A stretch of DNA of 64,000 bases, from positions 384,001 to 448,000 of the forward strand of contig CAWDVR010000004.1 of NCBI GenBank assembly GCA_963805975.1, written 5' to 3'. A model generated the notes under the pieces. That model had not been told where the DNA came from. It made no database searches and saw nothing but the letters and a program-made list of their open reading frames with translations. Positions within the stretch are counted from its first letter, which is position 1. Each line of letters begins with the position of its first letter. The stretch is from an uncultured Acidobacteriota bacterium. Its GTDB lineage: Bacteria > Acidobacteriota > Thermoanaerobaculia > Multivoradales > SZUA-115. Below, in pieces: positions 20,827 to 30,201 of the stretch. The translations under genes were made by a program, and so were the position numbers.

Positions 20827-22542
20827 ATGCGCTGGAGCCGCTACTTCCTCTACACCACCCGCGAAGTGCCCGCCGACGCCGAGGTGCCGAGCCACCGGCT
20901 GATGGTGCGCACCGGCATGATCAAGAAAGTGGCGGCCGGGATCTACACCTACCAGCCCTTCGGCTGGCGGAGCATGATGAAGATGATGGCGATCGTGCGC
21001 CGCGAGCTCGACCGGAGCGGCGCCATCGAGCTCTCGATGCCCGCCGTGCAGCCGGCCGAGCTGTGGCTCGAGTCCGGCCGCTGGCAGCGCTACGGCAAGG
21101 AGCTGCTGCGCCTCAAAGACCGCCACGAGCGCGAGTTCTGCATCGGCCCCACGCACGAGGAGGTGATCACCGACCTGGTGCGCCGCGAGCTCAAGAGCTA
21201 CCGGCAGTTGCCGATCAACCTCTACCAGATCCAGACCAAGTTCAGAGACGAGATCCGTCCCCGGTTCGGCCTGATGCGCGGCCGCGAGTTCCTGATGAAG
21301 GACGCCTACTCCTTCCACGCCAGCCGCGCGAGCCTCGACGAGGCCTACGAGGAGATGAACCGCGCCTACTGCCGCATCTTCGAGGCCTGCCACCTGGGCT
21401 ACGCGGTGGTGGAGGCGGACTCGGGCTCGATCGGCGGCTCGCACTCGCACGAGTTCATGGTGCTGGCCGAGACCGGCGAGAGCGAGGTGGTGCGCTCCGA
21501 GGCCGATGGTTACACGGCCAACATCGAGAAGGCGACGGCGGCCCCTCTGGCCGCGCCGCCGGCCGAGGAGCAGGCGGCCCTGGTCGAGGTCTCGACACCC
21601 GGTGTCACCTCGGTGCCCGACGTGGCGGCCTTCCTCGGCGTGCCGATCGAGCGGGTGGTGAAGACCCTGGTCTACGAGACGGACAAGGGCGCGGTGGCGG
21701 TCGCCATCCGCGGCGACCGCGAGGTCAACGAGGTCAAGCTCGGCAACCATCTCGACGCCGAGTTCGTGGTGCTGGCCAGCGAGGAGGTGGTGCGAAAGGC
21801 GACCGGGTCGCCCGTGGGCTTCGCCGGGCCGGTGGGCCTTCCTGCCGGCACACGCCTCCTGGCCGACGAGAGCGTGCGTGCGCTCACCAACTTCGTCTGC
21901 GGCGCCAACCGGGCGGACATGCACCTGACCGGCGCCAACTGGGGCCGCGACGCCGAGCCGGGCGAGTGGGTGGACGTGCTCAAGGTAGCGGCCGGGGACG
22001 CGAGCCCGCTCTCCGGCGCGCCGCTCACCGTGACCCGCGGCATCGAAGTGGGCCACATCTTCAAGCTGGGCACCAAGTACTCGGAGAAGATGGGCTGCAA
22101 CTACACGGACGAGAACGGCGCCGACCACCCGATGGAGATGGGCTGCTACGGCGTGGGCATCGGCCGCACGGTGGCGGCGGCCATCGAGCAGAACCACGAC
22201 GCCGACGGCATCATCTGGCCGCGGCCCCTGGCGCCCTTCGAGGTGCTGCTGATCGCCCTCAACACCAACGACCCGGCGGTCGCCGCCGCGGCCGAGGCGC
22301 TCTATGCCGAGCTCCAGGGCCAGGGGATCGACGTGCTCTACGACGACCGCGACGAGCGGCCCGGGGTCAAGTTCAAGGACGCGGACCTGATCGGCATCCC
22401 GGTGCGGGCGGTGGTGGGCGCCAAGTCCCTGGCCGAGGGCAAGCTCGAGGTCTCGCTGCGCCGCGACCGCCAGAAGATCGCGGTGACGCCGGCGGAGGCC
22501 GCGGGCAAGGTGGCGGAGCTGCTGGCGGGGTTGGGGGTATGA
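20827..22542 (+). CDS. proS: Proline--tRNA ligase with editing domain
   Basis: GPTHEE, QIQTKFRDEIRPRFGLMRGREF, GIEVGHIFKLG, GCYGVG, GVKFKDADLIG. Confidence 0.97.
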   Translation: MRWSRYFLYTTREVPADAEVPSHRLMVRTGMIKKVAAGIYTYQPFGWRSMMKMMAIVRRELDRSGAIELSMPAVQPAELWLESGRWQRYGKELLRLKDRHEREFCIGPTHEEVITDLVRRELKSYRQLPINLYQIQTKFRDEIRPRFGLMRGREFLMKDAYSFHASRASLDEAYEEMNRAYCRIFEACHLGYAVVEADSGSIGGSHSHEFMVLAETGESEVVRSEADGYTANIEKATAAPLAAPPAEEQAALVEVSTPGVTSVPDVAAFLGVPIERVVKTLVYETDKGAVAVAIRGDREVNEVKLGNHLDAEFVVLASEEVVRKATGSPVGFAGPVGLPAGTRLLADESVRALTNFVCGANRADMHLTGANWGRDAEPGEWVDVLKVAAGDASPLSGAPLTVTRGIEVGHIFKLGTKYSEKMGCNYTDENGADHPMEMGCYGVGIGRTVAAAIEQNHDADGIIWPRPLAPFEVLLIALNTNDPAVAAAAEALYAELQGQGIDVLYDDRDERPGVKFKDADLIGIPVRAVVGAKSLAEGKLEVSLRRDRQKIAVTPAEAAGKVAELLAGLGV

Positions 22543-22548
22543 CGACCG

Positions 22549-22670
22549 CCCCTCACCCCGACCCTCTCCCCGCTGACGCGGGGCGAGGGCGCCACCGCCC
22601 CGCCCCCCAAGTTCCGGCCCGCTCGCCCCGCTTGCGGGGAGAGGGCTGGGGTGAGGGGCTAGGGTGAGGG
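22549..22670. repeat. REP-like inverted dimer plus an extra half copy
   Basis: CCCCTCACCCCGACCCTCTCCCCGC...GCGGGGAGAGGGCTGGGGTGAGGGG then CTAGGGTGAGGG; between convergent genes. Confidence 0.85.
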
Positions 22671-24047
22671 TCCGGCCGAGGAAGGGCGTCGGGCCGCATC
22701 TTCGCCCGCGGGCCGCGTCACCGTGATCCGCAGCGCCTTCACGCGGTGGCCCACCACCTCGAGCACTTCCATCTCCAGCGGGCCGACGGTGACGCGGTCG
22801 CCCTCCATCGGCCGGCGGCCGATCTCCGAGAGCACCACGCCGCCCAGCGTGTCCTCGTCGCGCTCGGAAACCTCGAGCGCCAGCTCCTGCTCGAGGTCTA
22901 CCACCAGCATCGAGCCCGAGACCAGGTAGACGCCGTCGCCCTTGGCCACCAGCTCGGGCCGCTCGGCAGGGTCGAACTCGTCCTCGATCGAGCCCACGAT
23001 CTCCTCGATCACGTTCTCCAGCGTGACGATGCCGGAGACCCCGCCGTACTCGTCGAGCACCGCCGCCAGGTGGATCTTCTCGGCCCGCATGCGGCGCAGC
23101 AGGCGGTCGAGCTTCAGGGTCTCGGGCACCATGGGGATCTTGCGGCAGGCATCCTCGATCGAGCCCAGGTTGCCCTCGGCGCGGAACAGGTCCTTGATGT
23201 GGACCATGCCGATCACCTTGTCGAGGTCGTCGCCCCGCACGAGGGGAAAGCGCGTGTGCCGGCCCTCGCGGGCGATCCTCAGGTTCTCCTCCAGGGGCCG
23301 CTCGGTCGAGAGGTAGACCACATCGCCGCGGGGCACCATCACCTGGCGTGCGATGCGGTTCGAGAGCTCGAAGATGTTGCCCAGGAGCTGGCGCTTGCCG
23401 AGCGAGACCTGGGTCGCTGAGCTCGAGGAGAGCAGCAGGCGCAGCTCCGCCTCGTCGTGCGTGTGCTCGCCCTCGCCGATCGGTGCGATGCCGAACAGCT
23501 TGAGGATGGCGTTGGCAGCCTTGTTGAGCAGCCAGATCACCGGGTAGGTGGCTTTGTAAAAGGCGAAGAGCGGCCAGGCGACCCACAGCGTGGTCGGCTC
23601 TGGCTTGCGGATGGCGAGAGACTTCGGCGCCAGCTCTCCCAGCACGATGTGCAGCACGCTGATGGTGACGAAGGCGACCCACAGGCTCGTCGCGTGGGTG
23701 GCCTCGGGGCCGAAGCCGAGCCGCGTGGCCACCGGCTCGACGAGCCACGCGAAGGCGGGCTCGCCCACCCAGCCCAGGGCCAGGCTCGCGAGCGTGATGC
23801 CGAGCTGGGTCGCCGAGAGATAGGCGTCCAGGTGCTCGACCATGTGCCGCGCCACCTTCGCGCGCTTCGAGCCGCGGGAGACGTGGGGGTCGATCTGTGT
23901 CGGCCGCACCTTGACCAGCGCGAACTCGGCGGCGACGAAGAAGCCGTTCAGGCCCACCAGCAGCAGGCCCAGCAGGAGGCCTGCCCACGGCGGCAGGTTG
24001 ACGCTGGCCGGAAGGGTGCTGGCGACGGTCAGGAAGGGGAAGATCAC
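22659..24047 (-). CDS. HlyC/CorC-family CNNM-CBS protein
   Basis: NGFFVAAEFALV, TQLGITLASLALG, GELAPK, CBS pair, LDEYGG, TLGG. Confidence 0.92.
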   Translation of the reverse strand: MIFPFLTVASTLPASVNLPPWAGLLLGLLLVGLNGFFVAAEFALVKVRPTQIDPHVSRGSKRAKVARHMVEHLDAYLSATQLGITLASLALGWVGEPAFAWLVEPVATRLGFGPEATHATSLWVAFVTISVLHIVLGELAPKSLAIRKPEPTTLWVAWPLFAFYKATYPVIWLLNKAANAILKLFGIAPIGEGEHTHDEAELRLLLSSSSATQVSLGKRQLLGNIFELSNRIARQVMVPRGDVVYLSTERPLEENLRIAREGRHTRFPLVRGDDLDKVIGMVHIKDLFRAEGNLGSIEDACRKIPMVPETLKLDRLLRRMRAEKIHLAAVLDEYGGVSGIVTLENVIEEIVGSIEDEFDPAERPELVAKGDGVYLVSGSMLVVDLEQELALEVSERDEDTLGGVVLSEIGRRPMEGDRVTVGPLEMEVLEVVGHRVKALRITVTRPAGEDAARRPSSAGPSP

Positions 24048-24174
24048 GACAGTGTCTGGGTCAGGCCGACCGCGGAGGCCTCCGGCCCAGCTCGCCGGCG
24101 GTGGTGGAGCCTATTTCGGGGGGAGGGACGTTGTGGAGGTTCTGCGTTCACGCGCCGCGGAACTGTAGCACAGG

Positions 24175-24313
24175 CCCCTCACCCGGCCCTCGCGCCGCTT
24201 GCACGCCCCTCACCCCAGCCCTCTCCCCGCTGCCGTGGGGCGAGGGGGCCGGAGGGGTTGGCTCTCTCCTCTCCCCTCTCCCCGCGTGCGGGGAGAGGGT
24301 TAGGGTGAGGGGG
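24175..24313. repeat. REP-like cluster (CCCTCACCC family)
   Basis: CCCCTCACCCCAGCCCTCTCCCCGC...GCGGGGAGAGGGTTAGGGTGAGGGG plus a partial upstream copy. Confidence 0.85.
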
Positions 24314-24422
24314 CAACGGCACTACGGTCGCATGCTAAATTCGCAGCAAGCATGAAAGCCGGCCGACGCAGCGCGTCTCGCGCCCGAAAGAGAGGTGCGA
24401 GAGGTGAAGTTCGCGCCGGCCG

Positions 24423-26582
24423 ATGGCCCGGCTGCCGCAAGCGGGTCTCAGGCTCCCGGCCCTCGGCTGGGGCGCGGTGGCCGCGGTCTTCGCCACTGCC
24501 TTCCTCGCGCGGCTGGTCGTCGGCAGCGAGCTAGCCAGGACCGCCCTCTACCAGGCGCCGCAGCTCGACCAGCTCGAGTTCCTGCTCTGGACGCGCGGCC
24601 TCGTCGAGCGCGGCTTCTCCTGGCCGAGCATCCCCAGCAAGGGGCCCGGCTACGCCCTCTTCCTCGCTTTCTGGCTGAAGCTCACCGGCTCGCTCACCGC
24701 CGCGCGGGTGGTGCAGGCGGCGCTCGGCGCCGGCACTTGCGTCCTCGCGGCCGGCCTGTCGGCGAAGCTCTTCGATCGCCGCACGGCGATCGCGACCGGC
24801 CTCCTGCTCGCTCTCTACGGCCCGCTCGTCTACATCGACACCACCCTCCTGGCGGAGGGCCCGATGATCTTCCTGCTGGTCGGAGTGCTCGCCGTCTACG
24901 GCGCACCGTGGCGCGGCTGGGTGAGGGCGGTGATCATCGGGGCCCTCCTCGGCGTCGCCGCCGTGGTGCGCGCCACGGTGGTGCTGCTGGTGCCCGTCTT
25001 CGCGCTCCTGGTGCTCTTCGATCTGCGCTGGGACGCTGCGGCGAAGGGATTTCGCCAGCCGCGGCGGTGGCTCGCGGCGGCGCTCGTGGCCCTGGCCGCG
25101 TTCGCCATGATCCTGCCGATCACCTGGGAGATGGGCGCCGTCACCGGCAGCCGCTTCCTGACCCAGGCCTCGGGCGGCCTCAACTACTACATGGGCAATC
25201 TACCGGGCCGCGAGGGTGTGCCGTGGGCGCGGCTGGGCGGCGAATGGAATCGGCTGGAAGCCATGGCGACTACGGCGGGGGCGATCACGGCGGTGGAGCA
25301 GGACCGCTTCTACATGGCCGAGACCCGGAAGGCCATCGCCGCCGACGTTCCGGGCTACCTCACGACCCTCGGCCACAAGCTCCTCTGGCTCTTCCAGGCG
25401 GAAGAGATCCGCGAGAGCCACAGCTACCATTTCTTCCGCCAGCAGTCGAAGCTGCTGGCCTGGCTGCCGGGCTTCGGCCTGCTGCTGCCGCTCACCGGGC
25501 TCGGCCTCTGGGTCGCCTGGAAGCGGCGGGCGCTGCCGGCGAGCCTCGTGGTCTACCTCGCCGTGCTGGGCGCCACCTGCGTCCTGGTCATCATGGCCTC
25601 GCGCTACCGGCTGCCGCTGGTGCCGGTGCTGGGCATCTTCGCCGGCGCCGGAGTGATCGCGCTGGTGGATGCCGCGCGGCAGCGGCGGCTCCGTATGCTC
25701 GCGGCGCTGGCCGTCGCCGGCCTCGTGCTCTTCGCCCTCACCCAGGTCCGGCGCCACGCCCCGAGCCGAGACCTGTCGGAAGAGTGGGCGCTCTCAGGCG
25801 ACTCGTACCTCACGCTGGGCCGGCCGGCCGACGCCGAGGCCGCCTACGTTCGGGCGCTGCGGGAGAACCCAGGCTCGGCCCTGGCTCTCGCCGGACTAGG
25901 CCGCCTGGAGCTCGACCGCGGCAACTTGCCGGCGGCGCGGGAGCGGCTGGAGCAGGCCCTGGCCGCCAACCCCGACTACGTGGCCGCGCTCTTCGAGAAA
26001 GCCCGGCTGGAGGCGAGGCAGGGCCGGGCGCCGGCCGCGGAGCAGGCGCTCCGCGCCGCCCTGAAGCTCCAGCCGAAGGACGTGCCCTCGCTCGAGCTGT
26101 TGGGCGGCCTGCTGCTCGGCCGCGGCGCGGTGGAGGAAGCGGAGCAGGTGCTCAGCCGCGCCCTGGCGGCCAAACCGGGGAGCGCGGAGGCGCACCTGGG
26201 CCTCGCCCGTCTCCTGGGCGCGCGCGGCAGGCCCGCGGATGGGCTCGACCACGCGCGCGAGGCCACGAGACTAGCGCCCCAGCGTCTCGACGCCTGGACC
26301 GCGCTCGCCTTCCTCGCCCTCGACGCCGGAGACATCGCCACCGCCGAGCAAGCGCTGGCAAGAGCGGAAGCGCTCTCCAGCACCTCTCCCGAGGTGGCCT
26401 GGGCCAAGGCCCTGCTGCTCCGCGCCCAGGGCCGCCGCGAAGAGCTGGACGCCGCCCTCCGCGCCCTCCTCACCCAGCAGCCACGCTTCGAGCCGGCCGC
26501 GCGCTTGCTGCTGGCGAATGCTGCGGAGCTGGGAAGGGAGACGGAGGCGCGGGAGTTTCTGGGCGGGTTGCGAGAGAACTGA
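24423..26582 (+). CDS. GT-C (ArnT/PMT-like) membrane glycosyltransferase with C-terminal TPRs
   Basis: GPGY, LYGPLVY...LLAE, GGLNYYMGN, SRYRLP; multiple TMs followed by TPRs. Confidence 0.75.
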   Translation: MARLPQAGLRLPALGWGAVAAVFATAFLARLVVGSELARTALYQAPQLDQLEFLLWTRGLVERGFSWPSIPSKGPGYALFLAFWLKLTGSLTAARVVQAALGAGTCVLAAGLSAKLFDRRTAIATGLLLALYGPLVYIDTTLLAEGPMIFLLVGVLAVYGAPWRGWVRAVIIGALLGVAAVVRATVVLLVPVFALLVLFDLRWDAAAKGFRQPRRWLAAALVALAAFAMILPITWEMGAVTGSRFLTQASGGLNYYMGNLPGREGVPWARLGGEWNRLEAMATTAGAITAVEQDRFYMAETRKAIAADVPGYLTTLGHKLLWLFQAEEIRESHSYHFFRQQSKLLAWLPGFGLLLPLTGLGLWVAWKRRALPASLVVYLAVLGATCVLVIMASRYRLPLVPVLGIFAGAGVIALVDAARQRRLRMLAALAVAGLVLFALTQVRRHAPSRDLSEEWALSGDSYLTLGRPADAEAAYVRALRENPGSALALAGLGRLELDRGNLPAARERLEQALAANPDYVAALFEKARLEARQGRAPAAEQALRAALKLQPKDVPSLELLGGLLLGRGAVEEAEQVLSRALAAKPGSAEAHLGLARLLGARGRPADGLDHAREATRLAPQRLDAWTALAFLALDAGDIATAEQALARAEALSSTSPEVAWAKALLLRAQGRREELDAALRALLTQQPRFEPAARLLLANAAELGRETEAREFLGGLREN

Positions 26583-26658
26583 CTCAGTGGCCGTGGGCTC
26601 TTCTGCCAGGATTCGGTGAGGTTGCCTTGCGTGCCGGGCCTCCGCGACCCCTTCCCGC

Positions 26659-26696
26659 TGTCGTCCCGGGCGGGAGCGAGGGACCTGGGGGGAGGG
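26659..26696 (+). repeat. REP half-arm, direct repeat of 27578-27615
   Basis: TGTCGTCCCGGGCGGGAGCGAGGGACCTGGGGGGAGGG; 35/38 identical to the copy at 27578. Confidence 0.8.
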
Positions 26697-27185
26697 CTAT
26701 CCTTCCCGGTCCAACCACTGCCCGAAGGCTGCGCTGATCAGGCTTTCGTCGACATAAAAGGTTGTTTCTTGAAGGCGCCGCACTACGTCCGGGACATGGA
26801 CGAGACCTCGCTCTGCAGCCACGCGCAGAACGCCAAGGGTGCCGGTCACCCGGATTCCACGGCGGCGAGCCTCAGCTCGACCGGCCCGCTCGTCCATAAG
26901 CAGCAAATCGGCCGAGAGAGCGCCTGCAAGGGCGATCGCCTCGCGCTCACCCAGATCGAGGCTGTCGCTGACCAGATCGACTCGGCTTGGATCCACTGCG
27001 ATCACAGCCAGCCACGAGGGCACTTCGGACAGCCAAGCCCGCACGGCCTGGGGCGCCGCTGGTGAAGAAAGCTCCACCAGGACGGCTTCAGGGATGACAG
27101 CCTCTCCGTAGAGGGTCGCGAGGAGATCGGTTTGCTCGAGGAGGATCAGATAGTGAAGTGGCCCGCTGTCTGCTACGACGATCAT
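26697..27185 (-). CDS. PIN-domain (DUF3368-type) toxin
   Basis: MIVVADSGPL, LDLGEREAIALA, LLMDERAGR, GTLGVL. Confidence 0.88.
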   Translation of the reverse strand: MIVVADSGPLHYLILLEQTDLLATLYGEAVIPEAVLVELSSPAAPQAVRAWLSEVPSWLAVIAVDPSRVDLVSDSLDLGEREAIALAGALSADLLLMDERAGRAEARRRGIRVTGTLGVLRVAAERGLVHVPDVVRRLQETTFYVDESLISAAFGQWLDREG

Positions 27186-27457
27186 GGGCCGGGCAGGACA
27201 CCGAGCTCGCGTTGGGCGGCGAGGTCTTCTTCCAAGTCCTCCATCGAGTACCCCAACGGTACTCGGTGTTCCTTGAGCAGCGCACGAACCTCGAACCGGC
27301 TCGCGAGCCCCATCAGACGCATCACTTGCGCTTCGCTCAGAGCGCCGGTGCGGTAGCCCTCAACAGCGGTTGCCTCCAGCACGTGTCGAGATACGTCTTC
27401 CCAGTGCCCTTGGAGCGACGAGGAAATCTCCTCCGGCAGATTTATGGTGATTTGCAT
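27182..27457 (-). CDS. UPF0175-family antitoxin
   Basis: MQITINLP, EGYRTGALS, SRFEV..LLKEH, YSMEDLEED; overlaps the toxin start. Confidence 0.85.
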   Translation of the reverse strand: MQITINLPEEISSSLQGHWEDVSRHVLEATAVEGYRTGALSEAQVMRLMGLASRFEVRALLKEHRVPLGYSMEDLEEDLAAQRELGVLPGP

Positions 27458-27577
27458 GACCACCGCATTCTACCGCCGTTCATTCCTGCCCGCGTCCGTT
27501 CGACTCCTGTCATGAGGATCGCCAGCTAGCTGTAGTTCCGCATGGATGCGGTGCGAGGAAGGGGTTTCTTGGCGGCT

Positions 27578-27666
27578 TGTCCCCCCGAGCGGGAGCGAGG
27601 GACCTGGGGGGAGGGTGGTGGCCCTCCTCCTACCCTTCCAGATCCTTCGCTGCGCTCAGGATGACA
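27578..27666. repeat. REP dimer (GTCATCCTGAGCGCAGCGAAGGATCT family)
   Basis: The right arm CCAGATCCTTCGCTGCGCTCAGGATGACA is identical to 42508-42536. Confidence 0.85.
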
Positions 27667-27680
27667 GGCAGGGCTAAGCC

Positions 27681-28787
27681 TTACGGCCGCAGGACCAACC
27701 CCCGCGCCCGCTTTTCCAGCAGCCCCATCCGTCCCTGGTCTCGCAGCTCCAGCTCGCGGAGCTCGTAGGGCGGGGTGAGTCTCGAGGCTGCCAGCATTTC
27801 GCTGTCGAAGGCGAGGGCCAGGGTACCGCCGCCGTCTAGCCAGGCGGCGGTGTGAGCTGCGGCCATGGGCTTCAAGGCACCGTCGGTGCCGGTTCCGAAG
27901 AGCACGCCGCGCACCTCGTAGCGGCCGGGCGAGGCGGTTTCGACTCCCAGTCGGACTTCGAGCCTGCCGGCTTTGCCCGCCGCCAGCTCGCCCATGCCGG
28001 TGAGGCGGGCGGTGGGCAGCGCGCAGGCGAAGGCGGTGCGTGCGTTGCGCACGAAGTGTCGGCCGGTGACGAAGCCGGTGACCTCGTCCAGCCGCAGGCG
28101 GGTGCCGCCGCTCCCGGCTTCGATCTCCGCCACCAGGGTCTCGCCGTCGAGGTAGGCGGTGCGATCGCTCCCGAGCCGGAGCATAGTGGGGCTGCCGGCA
28201 TCCAGCACGTGGATCACGAAAGCCTCGTCCGCGCCCCGGTTCTCCAGCCGCAAAGTGAGCTTGCCGGAGCCGGCCTCGGGCGCCAGCCGGAAGGCGAGAG
28301 TGCCCTCCGGGAAGGGTGTGCCGGCCGCCGCGAGCTGCTCGGCCGAGGCGAGACGCTGGAGGCCCGCGCCGCGCGCCAGGGCGTTGCCCTTCTCGTTGAG
28401 GACCACCAGCGCGTCGGCCTGGATGGGCCGATCGGCCACCGTGGCTCCCGGAGCCGGGTTGATGCGTACCAGCGCCCCGGGCGCGAGCGTGTAGAGCGGC
28501 ACGCCCGCCGCGAGGTCGGCCCCGGTAGCGCGCAGCCAGTGCTCGCGGCTCTCGGCCACGAAGGGGCGGGGCTCGGTGAGGGCTGTCCGAGGATCGAGCG
28601 CCCAACTGAAGGTCACGGGCCCGGTGGAGGGGCGCGGAGCGTTGGGCGCCCCGGCGGCCGGCACGAGCCGCGAGGGTACGAGGTCGTTGGCGCCGAGGGT
28701 GATCCATTCGAGGGTGGTCTGGGCGCCTGCGGCCGAGGCCGCGAAGAGCAGGACGAGCATCGGGATGCGGAAGCGTGTCGTCGTCAT
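27681..28787 (-). CDS. Secreted DUF4785-like protein
   Basis: Signal peptide; VTFSWAL, AESREHW, GRYEVRGVLFGT, AHTAAWL, LELRDQGRMGLLE. Family assigned from recall. Confidence 0.6.
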   Translation of the reverse strand: MTTTRFRIPMLVLLFAASAAGAQTTLEWITLGANDLVPSRLVPAAGAPNAPRPSTGPVTFSWALDPRTALTEPRPFVAESREHWLRATGADLAAGVPLYTLAPGALVRINPAPGATVADRPIQADALVVLNEKGNALARGAGLQRLASAEQLAAAGTPFPEGTLAFRLAPEAGSGKLTLRLENRGADEAFVIHVLDAGSPTMLRLGSDRTAYLDGETLVAEIEAGSGGTRLRLDEVTGFVTGRHFVRNARTAFACALPTARLTGMGELAAGKAGRLEVRLGVETASPGRYEVRGVLFGTGTDGALKPMAAAHTAAWLDGGGTLALAFDSEMLAASRLTPPYELRELELRDQGRMGLLEKRARGLVLRP

Positions 28788-28796
28788 GGCCCGCTC

Positions 28797-29663
28797 CTAG
28801 AGGTCGTTGCGCAACACGACGTCGAGGCCGAAGCACTGACGCCGGCTCTGGTTGTGGGAGAGGGGCTCGGCGCCCGCGGTGACCGAGGTGTCGTAGAACC
28901 AGATGTAGCCGGCGCCCGCCTGGCTGCTGCAGTTGAGGAAGCCGTCCGAGCAGGAGGCGAGCCACGCCTGGGTGACCTCGAGCCCCACGTTCAGGCTGTA
29001 GCCGCCACAGTAGCTGTCGCCGTCCCAGACCGCGGAGTCCACGTCCGAGCCCACCACGTTCCAGAAGCCCTTGGGCAGGGCGGGGCGGCCGGCGGTGCCG
29101 AGGAGCCAGCTCGCGTTGTAGCTCGCCATCCAGCTCGTCTGCTGCATGCGGACGGCGTCGTTCTGGTAGCCCAGGAGCCAGCCCACCGCAGCCTCGAACA
29201 TGGTGCCGTTCATCACCGCGTCGGCGAGCGGTGTGCCCAGGCTCGAGGGCGCGAGCGCGTTCACCCAGCGGATGGCGTTGATGATCGTGGGGTAGCGGCT
29301 GTCCCAGGTGGGGTTCGAGAGGATCCAGCGCATCACGTTGCCGCCGTTCGAGTGGGTGATGACCACCAGGTCGTTGACGCCTTTGGTGGTGATGAAGCCG
29401 TGGAGCGCCCCGGCGAGACAGCCGGCGGCCTGCGAGGTCCACATGTACTGCTCGAAGTCACAGTTGATGACCACGTACTTGGTCTGGTCCGGCAGCCCCT
29501 GGCGGACCGAATTGACGAAGCCGGCCTGCCAGTAGTCGTTGAGCGCATCGGTCTGCCGACCGGTGCCGTGCACGAAGGCGACGCCGGTCACGGCGTGGGC
29601 CGGTACGGCGCCGGCCAAGACAGCCGCCAGCAGAGCGGCGGCGAGAGGTGCTCGCATCCTCAT
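28797..29663 (-). CDS. Secreted alpha/beta hydrolase (lipase-like)
   Basis: Signal peptide; VAFVHGTG, ITHSNGG nucleophile elbow, GTPLAD, SDG, LSHNQS. Confidence 0.75.
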   Translation of the reverse strand: MRMRAPLAAALLAAVLAGAVPAHAVTGVAFVHGTGRQTDALNDYWQAGFVNSVRQGLPDQTKYVVINCDFEQYMWTSQAAGCLAGALHGFITTKGVNDLVVITHSNGGNVMRWILSNPTWDSRYPTIINAIRWVNALAPSSLGTPLADAVMNGTMFEAAVGWLLGYQNDAVRMQQTSWMASYNASWLLGTAGRPALPKGFWNVVGSDVDSAVWDGDSYCGGYSLNVGLEVTQAWLASCSDGFLNCSSQAGAGYIWFYDTSVTAGAEPLSHNQSRRQCFGLDVVLRNDL

Positions 29664-29772
29664 GGTGTATCCCCCACGGAGTTGGAACTGCCTGGGTTCT
29701 CGGGTCTACAGGGTGGGGTGCCGGCGCCGGGTGGAGCGTGACGCCGGACTATCATTCGACCCGGAGGTGCGC

Positions 29773-30201
29773 ATGGGCGAGCATGAGGACTTGAAGCTGC
29801 CGGTCGAGGGCGGCGACGGCATCTGGGTGATCCGCGGCGGTGGCGGCAACCGCGGCTGGAACGGCATCAGCTACAAGACCGGTCTGTCGGCCAAGAACGT
29901 GGCGGCCACCAAGCTGTCGATGAACCTGGCGACCATCCCGCCGGGGGGCGTCGCCTTCGCCCACGTCCACGTGGATTTCGAAGTGATGCTCTACATCCTC
30001 GAGGGCCGGGTACGGCACGAGTACGGACCCGGCCTCTCCCAGTCGGTGGAGAACGGGGCCGGCGACTTCATCTTCATCGCGCCCGGCGTCCCGCACGAGG
30101 TGCTCAACCTCTCGGCCACCGAGCCCGTGGTCGCGGTGGTGGCGCGCTCCGACGCGGACGAGTGGGAGCACATTGTGGCCTACGAGCGGCCTAAGGGCTG
30201 A
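29773..30201 (+). CDS. Cupin-domain protein
   Basis: AHVHVDFE..LYILEG; GDFIFIAPGVPHE; GGAGG RBS. Confidence 0.88.
   Translation: MGEHEDLKLPVEGGDGIWVIRGGGGNRGWNGISYKTGLSAKNVAATKLSMNLATIPPGGVAFAHVHVDFEVMLYILEGRVRHEYGPGLSQSVENGAGDFIFIAPGVPHEVLNLSATEPVVAVVARSDADEWEHIVAYERPKG

Noticed and set aside
18958-22542. 1194-aa ORF suggesting a zinc-ribbon-ProRS fusion
   Set aside because: Artefact of the frameshift at ~19259 plus stop-poor high-GC sequence. The middle is off-frame TPR gene, and proS has its own AAGGAG RBS and ATG at 20827.
22549-24313. Repeats as a possible CRISPR array
   Set aside because: They are isolated inverted dimers with no regular repeat-spacer periodicity, and no cas genes are present.
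29706-29723. Possible sigma54 box upstream of the hydrolase (minus strand CGGCAC-N5-CTGTA)
   Set aside because: It lacks the invariant GC at -12.
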